Below are positions 58,258 through 64,000 of a DNA stretch of 64,000 nucleotides, piece after piece (within the stretch, counting starts at the first letter, position 1; each line of letters opens with the position of its first letter). A program made the position numbers and the translations under genes. Source of the DNA: TPA_inf: Saccharomyces (taxonomy: Eukaryota); the NCBI GenBank assembly GCA_000146045.2, contig BK006939.2, forward strand, positions 32,001 through 96,000. Reading direction: 5' to 3'. The notes under the pieces were generated by a model that saw only the letters and a program-made list of their open reading frames with translations, was not told the DNA's origin and did no database searches.

Positions 58258-61200
58258 ATGACAAAGAAATCATTTGTGAGCAGTCCTATTGTTAGGGACT
58301 CGACATTGCTGGTACCAAAGTCATTAATAGCAAAGCCGTACGTATTACCGTTTTTCCCGTTATACGCTACCTTTGCCCAACTATATTTCCAGCAATATGA
58401 TCGTTACATCAAAGGACCTGAGTGGACTTTTGTCTACTTGGGGACATTGGTATCCTTGAACATCCTAGTCATGTTAATGCCTGCTTGGAATGTCAAGATC
58501 AAGGCGAAATTCAACTACAGTACTACTAAAAATGTCAATGAAGCTACTCACATTCTCATCTACACCACTCCAAATAATGGTTCTGATGGTATCGTTGAAA
58601 TTCAGAGAGTAACTGAAGCGGGCTCTTTGCAGACTTTTTTCCAATTTCAAAAGAAAAGATTCTTGTGGCATGAAAATGAGCAGGTATTTTCTTCACCAAA
58701 GTTCCTTGTTGATGAATCCCCAAAGATCGGTGATTTCCAAAAATGTAAGGGCCATTCCGGTGACCTAACTCATTTGAAGAGACTATATGGTGAGAATAGT
58801 TTTGATATTCCTATTCCAACATTTATGGAATTATTCAAAGAGCACGCTGTTGCGCCATTGTTTGTTTTCCAAGTTTTCTGTGTTGCCTTATGGCTATTGG
58901 ATGAGTTCTGGTATTATTCTTTGTTTAACTTATTCATGATTATCTCCATGGAGGCAGCTGCAGTATTTCAAAGATTAACTGCCTTGAAGGAATTTAGAAC
59001 TATGGGTATCAAACCTTATACCATTAACGTGTTTAGAAACAAAAAATGGGTAGCATTGCAAACCAATGAATTGTTACCTATGGATTTAGTGTCTATAACA
59101 AGAACCGCCGAGGAGAGCGCAATTCCTTGCGATTTGATCTTGCTCGATGGCTCCGCTATTGTTAATGAAGCAATGCTTTCAGGTGAATCTACTCCCTTGT
59201 TAAAGGAATCCATTAAATTACGTCCTAGTGAAGATAATTTACAACTGGACGGTGTTGACAAGATTGCTGTGTTACATGGTGGTACAAAGGCATTACAAGT
59301 AACACCTCCTGAACATAAATCGGATATCCCTCCTCCACCTGATGGAGGTGCCTTAGCCATCGTCACCAAAACTGGCTTTGAAACATCTCAGGGTTCTTTA
59401 GTTCGAGTTATGATTTACTCCGCTGAACGTGTTTCCGTCGATAATAAGGAAGCGTTGATGTTCATTCTTTTCTTGTTGATTTTCGCTGTTATTGCATCCT
59501 GGTACGTTTGGGTTGAGGGTACAAAAATGGGTAGAATTCAATCCAAATTGATCTTGGACTGTATATTAATTATTACATCTGTTGTTCCTCCTGAGTTACC
59601 AATGGAATTGACCATGGCTGTCAACAGTTCTCTGGCCGCCCTTGCCAAGTTCTATGTCTATTGTACTGAACCATTTAGAATTCCATTTGCTGGTAGAATT
59701 GATGTTTGTTGTTTCGATAAAACTGGTACTTTGACCGGCGAAGATCTTGTGTTTGAAGGTCTAGCTGGTATCTCTGCGGACTCCGAAAACATTCGTCACT
59801 TGTACAGCGCTGCCGAAGCACCAGAAAGTACAATTCTTGTCATTGGTGCTGCTCACGCTTTAGTTAAATTGGAAGATGGTGATATTGTTGGTGACCCAAT
59901 GGAAAAGGCGACCTTAAAGGCTGTTGGTTGGGCTGTCGAAAGAAAAAACAGTAACTATAGAGAGGGCACCGGAAAATTGGATATTATCCGTAGATTTCAA
60001 TTTTCTTCTGCTTTAAAAAGGTCTGCTTCTATTGCTTCTCACAACGATGCCTTGTTTGCTGCTGTCAAAGGTGCACCTGAAACGATTCGTGAAAGGCTTT
60101 CTGACATTCCCAAGAATTATGACGAAATCTATAAATCCTTTACACGCTCTGGTTCAAGAGTTTTGGCTTTGGCTTCTAAGTCGTTGCCAAAAATGTCTCA
60201 GTCTAAAATTGATGATCTAAACCGTGATGATGTTGAATCTGAATTAACCTTTAATGGGTTTTTGATTTTCCATTGTCCTCTGAAGGATGACGCTATTGAA
60301 ACCATTAAAATGTTAAATGAATCCTCCCATCGTTCTATTATGATTACTGGTGATAATCCATTAACTGCTGTTCATGTGGCTAAAGAAGTTGGCATAGTTT
60401 TTGGCGAAACTTTAATCTTAGACAGAGCAGGTAAATCTGACGACAATCAGTTGCTGTTCCGTGATGTTGAAGAGACAGTTTCCATCCCATTTGATCCATC
60501 AAAAGACACTTTTGATCATTCTAAATTATTTGATAGATATGATATTGCTGTTACTGGATATGCTTTGAATGCCTTGGAAGGGCATTCTCAATTAAGGGAT
60601 CTATTACGTCACACCTGGGTTTACGCACGTGTTTCACCATCCCAAAAGGAGTTCTTGCTGAATACACTAAAGGATATGGGATATCAAACTTTAATGTGCG
60701 GTGATGGTACTAATGATGTTGGTGCTTTGAAACAAGCTCATGTTGGTATTGCATTGTTGAATGGTACCGAAGAAGGTTTGAAAAAATTGGGTGAACAACG
60801 CAGATTGGAAGGTATGAAAATGATGTATATAAAGCAAACTGAATTTATGGCTAGATGGAATCAACCACAGCCACCTGTTCCTGAACCGATTGCACACTTA
60901 TTCCCACCTGGTCCAAAAAATCCTCATTATCTGAAAGCTTTAGAAAGCAAAGGTACCGTCATTACGCCAGAAATCAGAAAAGCAGTTGAAGAAGCAAATT
61001 CCAAACCTGTTGAAGTCATCAAACCAAATGGACTATCGGAAAAAAAACCTGCTGACTTAGCTTCTTTGTTGTTGAACTCTGCTGGTGATGCCCAAGGTGA
61101 TGAAGCACCAGCTCTAAAGTTAGGAGATGCATCTTGCGCTGCCCCTTTTACCTCGAAACTGGCCAATGTTTCTGCTGTTACTAACATTATACGTCAAGGC

Positions 61201-61905
61201 CGTTGTGCTTTAGTTAACACAATTCAAATGTACAAAATCTTGGCCTTGAATTGTTTAATCAGTGCCTACTCTTTGTCCATCATTTACATGGCTGGTGTCA
61301 AATTTGGTGATGGTCAAGCCACTGTCTCCGGTTTGTTACTATCGGTTTGTTTCTTGAGTATTTCCCGTGGTAAACCTTTAGAAAAACTATCCAAGCAAAG
61401 GCCACAGTCCGGAATTTTCAATGTTTACATTATGGGATCTATTTTGTCTCAATTTGCCGTTCATATTGCCACTTTAGTTTACATCACTACAGAGATTTAT
61501 AAATTGGAACCCAGAGAGCCACAAGTTGATCTTGAAAAGGAATTTGCTCCATCATTATTGAATACGGGTATTTTCATCATTCAGTTGGTACAACAAGTCT
61601 CTACATTTGCTGTCAATTATCAAGGTGAGCCATTCAGAGAAAACATTAGGAGTAACAAAGGTATGTATTATGGTTTATTGGGTGTGACAGGTTTGGCACT
61701 TGCAAGTGCTACTGAATTTTTACCTGAGCTAAACGAAGCCATGAAGTTTGTGCCAATGACTGATGACTTTAAGATTAAGTTGACCCTAACATTATTGCTC
61801 GATTTCTTTGGTAGTTGGGGTGTCGAGCATTTTTTCAAGTTTTTCTTCATGGACGACAAACCATCAGACATTTCTGTGCAACAGGTCAAGATTGCCTCTA
61901 AATGA
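58258..61905 (+). CDS. SPF1: ER P5A-type ATPase (1215 aa)
   Basis: P-type ATPase signature DKTGTLT (CCFDKTGTLTGEDL), the P5-specific PPELPMELT motif and GDGTND. Length 1215 aa. Confidence 0.96.
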   Translation: MTKKSFVSSPIVRDSTLLVPKSLIAKPYVLPFFPLYATFAQLYFQQYDRYIKGPEWTFVYLGTLVSLNILVMLMPAWNVKIKAKFNYSTTKNVNEATHILIYTTPNNGSDGIVEIQRVTEAGSLQTFFQFQKKRFLWHENEQVFSSPKFLVDESPKIGDFQKCKGHSGDLTHLKRLYGENSFDIPIPTFMELFKEHAVAPLFVFQVFCVALWLLDEFWYYSLFNLFMIISMEAAAVFQRLTALKEFRTMGIKPYTINVFRNKKWVALQTNELLPMDLVSITRTAEESAIPCDLILLDGSAIVNEAMLSGESTPLLKESIKLRPSEDNLQLDGVDKIAVLHGGTKALQVTPPEHKSDIPPPPDGGALAIVTKTGFETSQGSLVRVMIYSAERVSVDNKEALMFILFLLIFAVIASWYVWVEGTKMGRIQSKLILDCILIITSVVPPELPMELTMAVNSSLAALAKFYVYCTEPFRIPFAGRIDVCCFDKTGTLTGEDLVFEGLAGISADSENIRHLYSAAEAPESTILVIGAAHALVKLEDGDIVGDPMEKATLKAVGWAVERKNSNYREGTGKLDIIRRFQFSSALKRSASIASHNDALFAAVKGAPETIRERLSDIPKNYDEIYKSFTRSGSRVLALASKSLPKMSQSKIDDLNRDDVESELTFNGFLIFHCPLKDDAIETIKMLNESSHRSIMITGDNPLTAVHVAKEVGIVFGETLILDRAGKSDDNQLLFRDVEETVSIPFDPSKDTFDHSKLFDRYDIAVTGYALNALEGHSQLRDLLRHTWVYARVSPSQKEFLLNTLKDMGYQTLMCGDGTNDVGALKQAHVGIALLNGTEEGLKKLGEQRRLEGMKMMYIKQTEFMARWNQPQPPVPEPIAHLFPPGPKNPHYLKALESKGTVITPEIRKAVEEANSKPVEVIKPNGLSEKKPADLASLLLNSAGDAQGDEAPALKLGDASCAAPFTSKLANVSAVTNIIRQGRCALVNTIQMYKILALNCLISAYSLSIIYMAGVKFGDGQATVSGLLLSVCFLSISRGKPLEKLSKQRPQSGIFNVYIMGSILSQFAVHIATLVYITTEIYKLEPREPQVDLEKEFAPSLLNTGIFIIQLVQQVSTFAVNYQGEPFRENIRSNKGMYYGLLGVTGLALASATEFLPELNEAMKFVPMTDDFKIKLTLTLLLDFFGSWGVEHFFKFFFMDDKPSDISVQQVKIASK

Positions 61906-62642
61906 TAAATCTTTTATGTAGTACCCCTTTTTGTATTTATATACTTATATTACCCATTCATATAGATCTTTTTTAATGGGTGTATTGTTAAGTTTATGAA
62001 AGTGCTGTATTATTTGTAAAACAGCTTCTAAGTATACGAAAATTATAATAGCTTCAAGTTTATATTTTGTTGCTAGCGTTACGGTTATGTTTTTACGATA
62101 CATATCGCCTAAGCAGGTCTCTGCGCCTAAAAAAAGTAAACATATAAATTGGGAAAGCAATATAATTAAACATACTGCTATAGTAAATTCATTACTAGGC
62201 CAATTTAACCGTGCCTTATTATGATATGAAATACCAGTCAACAAGTCCCGCTTAAATGCACTCTAGTAAAGCTACAGGTGGTTAACAAAAATTAAGAAAA
62301 CAGAACAACCACGAGATTCTTTGAACACGGTCTGTCAAAGATCTTGACTTGGACTAGTTACACAATTTATTTTCCAACTGAGTGGTTTAGCACAGGAATA
62401 GTTTAATCGGGTCTTAAATTTTTACTTTGATTTTTGCAGGGGAGATGCTAAGTCAAATTGCAGCACCCTTTAAAGGGTCAGACGTAGAACATCAAAAAAA
62501 GAACAAATCTCAAAAATGATTATTTAACTAAGATTAGCAAACTTCAAAATCATGGCGATTAATTGATACCCTATTGATTTTTTTACCGAAGAGCATTTGT
62601 AACTATTTCACTGGTCATAATTAAGAACTTAAATTCAAGTAA

Positions 62643-64000
62643 CATGTTACCATCATGGAAAGCCTTTAAAGCACATAATATACTTCGTATTCTGACCCGT
62701 TTCCAGTCAACCAAAATTCCAGATGCAGTTATCGGTATTGATTTAGGTACTACCAATTCTGCGGTAGCTATTATGGAAGGTAAAGTTCCGAGAATTATCG
62801 AAAATGCAGAAGGCTCAAGAACTACTCCGTCTGTAGTGGCTTTCACTAAAGACGGAGAACGTTTAGTTGGTGAGCCAGCCAAACGACAATCCGTCATAAA
62901 CTCAGAAAACACTTTGTTTGCTACTAAGCGTTTAATCGGCCGCCGTTTCGAGGACGCTGAAGTCCAAAGAGATATTAATCAGGTTCCTTTCAAAATCGTC
63001 AAGCATTCTAATGGAGATGCCTGGGTAGAGGCTAGAAACAGAACGTACTCCCCCGCCCAAATAGGAGGTTTTATCTTAAATAAAATGAAGGAAACAGCGG
63101 AGGCTTACTTAGCGAAGAGCGTCAAAAATGCTGTTGTCACCGTTCCTGCTTACTTCAATGATGCCCAAAGACAAGCTACTAAAGACGCAGGACAAATTAT
63201 TGGGCTTAATGTATTACGTGTTGTCAACGAACCAACAGCTGCTGCCCTAGCTTACGGTCTAGATAAATCAGAGCCAAAAGTCATTGCTGTTTTCGACTTG
63301 GGCGGTGGTACTTTCGATATTTCAATCCTGGACATCGATAACGGTATCTTTGAGGTTAAATCTACCAATGGTGACACCCATTTGGGTGGCGAAGATTTTG
63401 ACATTTATTTGTTGCAAGAAATTATTTCTCATTTCAAGAAAGAAACCGGTATCGATTTGAGTAATGACCGTATGGCTGTCCAAAGAATAAGAGAAGCCGC
63501 TGAAAAGGCTAAAATCGAACTGTCTTCTACACTCTCTACAGAAATAAACTTGCCTTTCATAACTGCTGATGCTGCAGGCCCAAAGCATATTCGTATGCCC
63601 TTTTCTAGGGTTCAGCTTGAGAATATAACCGCCCCATTGATTGATAGAACGGTTGATCCTGTCAAAAAAGCACTGAAAGACGCAAGAATTACCGCCTCAG
63701 ATATATCGGATGTTTTATTAGTTGGTGGTATGTCAAGGATGCCCAAGGTTGCAGATACTGTAAAGAAATTATTCGGTAAGGATGCATCAAAAGCTGTTAA
63801 CCCTGATGAAGCAGTCGCTTTAGGGGCCGCTATACAGGCTGCGGTCTTGTCTGGTGAAGTTACCGATGTTTTGTTGCTAGATGTCACTCCCCTATCATTG
63901 GGTATTGAAACTTTAGGAGGAGTTTTTACAAAATTAATCCCAAGAAATTCTACAATTCCCAATAAGAAATCTCAAATTTTTTCAACTGCGGCATCAGGTC
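62643..64000 (+). CDS. ECM10: Mitochondrial Hsp70 (Ssc1 paralogue), N-terminal ~452 codons; gene continues past the window end
   Basis: From the ATG at 62643: [68 protein letters not shown]... (Hsp70 IDLGTTNS motif, mitochondrial presequence). Its position after SPF1 fits YEL030W rather than SSC1. Not in the ORF track because there is no stop in the window. Confidence 0.85.

Overview
This window is Saccharomyces cerevisiae nuclear DNA from the left arm of chromosome V. Translating the ORFs gives proteins I recognise as the contiguous series CAN1 (YEL063C, 5' part, minus strand at the window start) through ECM10 (YEL030W, 5' part at the window end). From memory the window is roughly chrV 32-96 kb. 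It is compact, ordinary yeast euchromatin with about 31 monocistronic protein genes, two tRNA genes (tRNA-Gly GCC, tRNA-Ser AGA) and a dicistronic C/D-box snoRNA unit (snR67-snR53). I can see the snoRNA boxes and terminal stem directly. A Ty1/Ty2 solo delta LTR sits inside an older delta upstream of the tRNA-Gly, with a visible 5-bp target-site duplication. There is also a perfect ARS consensus match (probably ARS507). Several promoter elements fit what is known of the adjacent genes. There is no CRISPR, operon or prokaryotic-style system, and I do not see evidence for an undescribed multi-gene system. The items I cannot fully explain are a GC-rich, palindrome-dense island between RPL12A and MAK10, an H/ACA-like structure in the POL5-RPL12A gap (possibly snR80), an (A)25 tract inside the dubious MTC7 ORF, and a few microsatellites and short direct repeats. 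The ORF track uses non-ATG (GTG/TTG) starts, so several of its starts (CIN8, POL5, MAK10, AFG1, NPR2, UTR4, MCM3) lie upstream of the real ATG. I set starts from remembered protein lengths and checked the ATG by eye. Gene names, protein lengths and chromosome coordinates are recalled from memory, not from a search.
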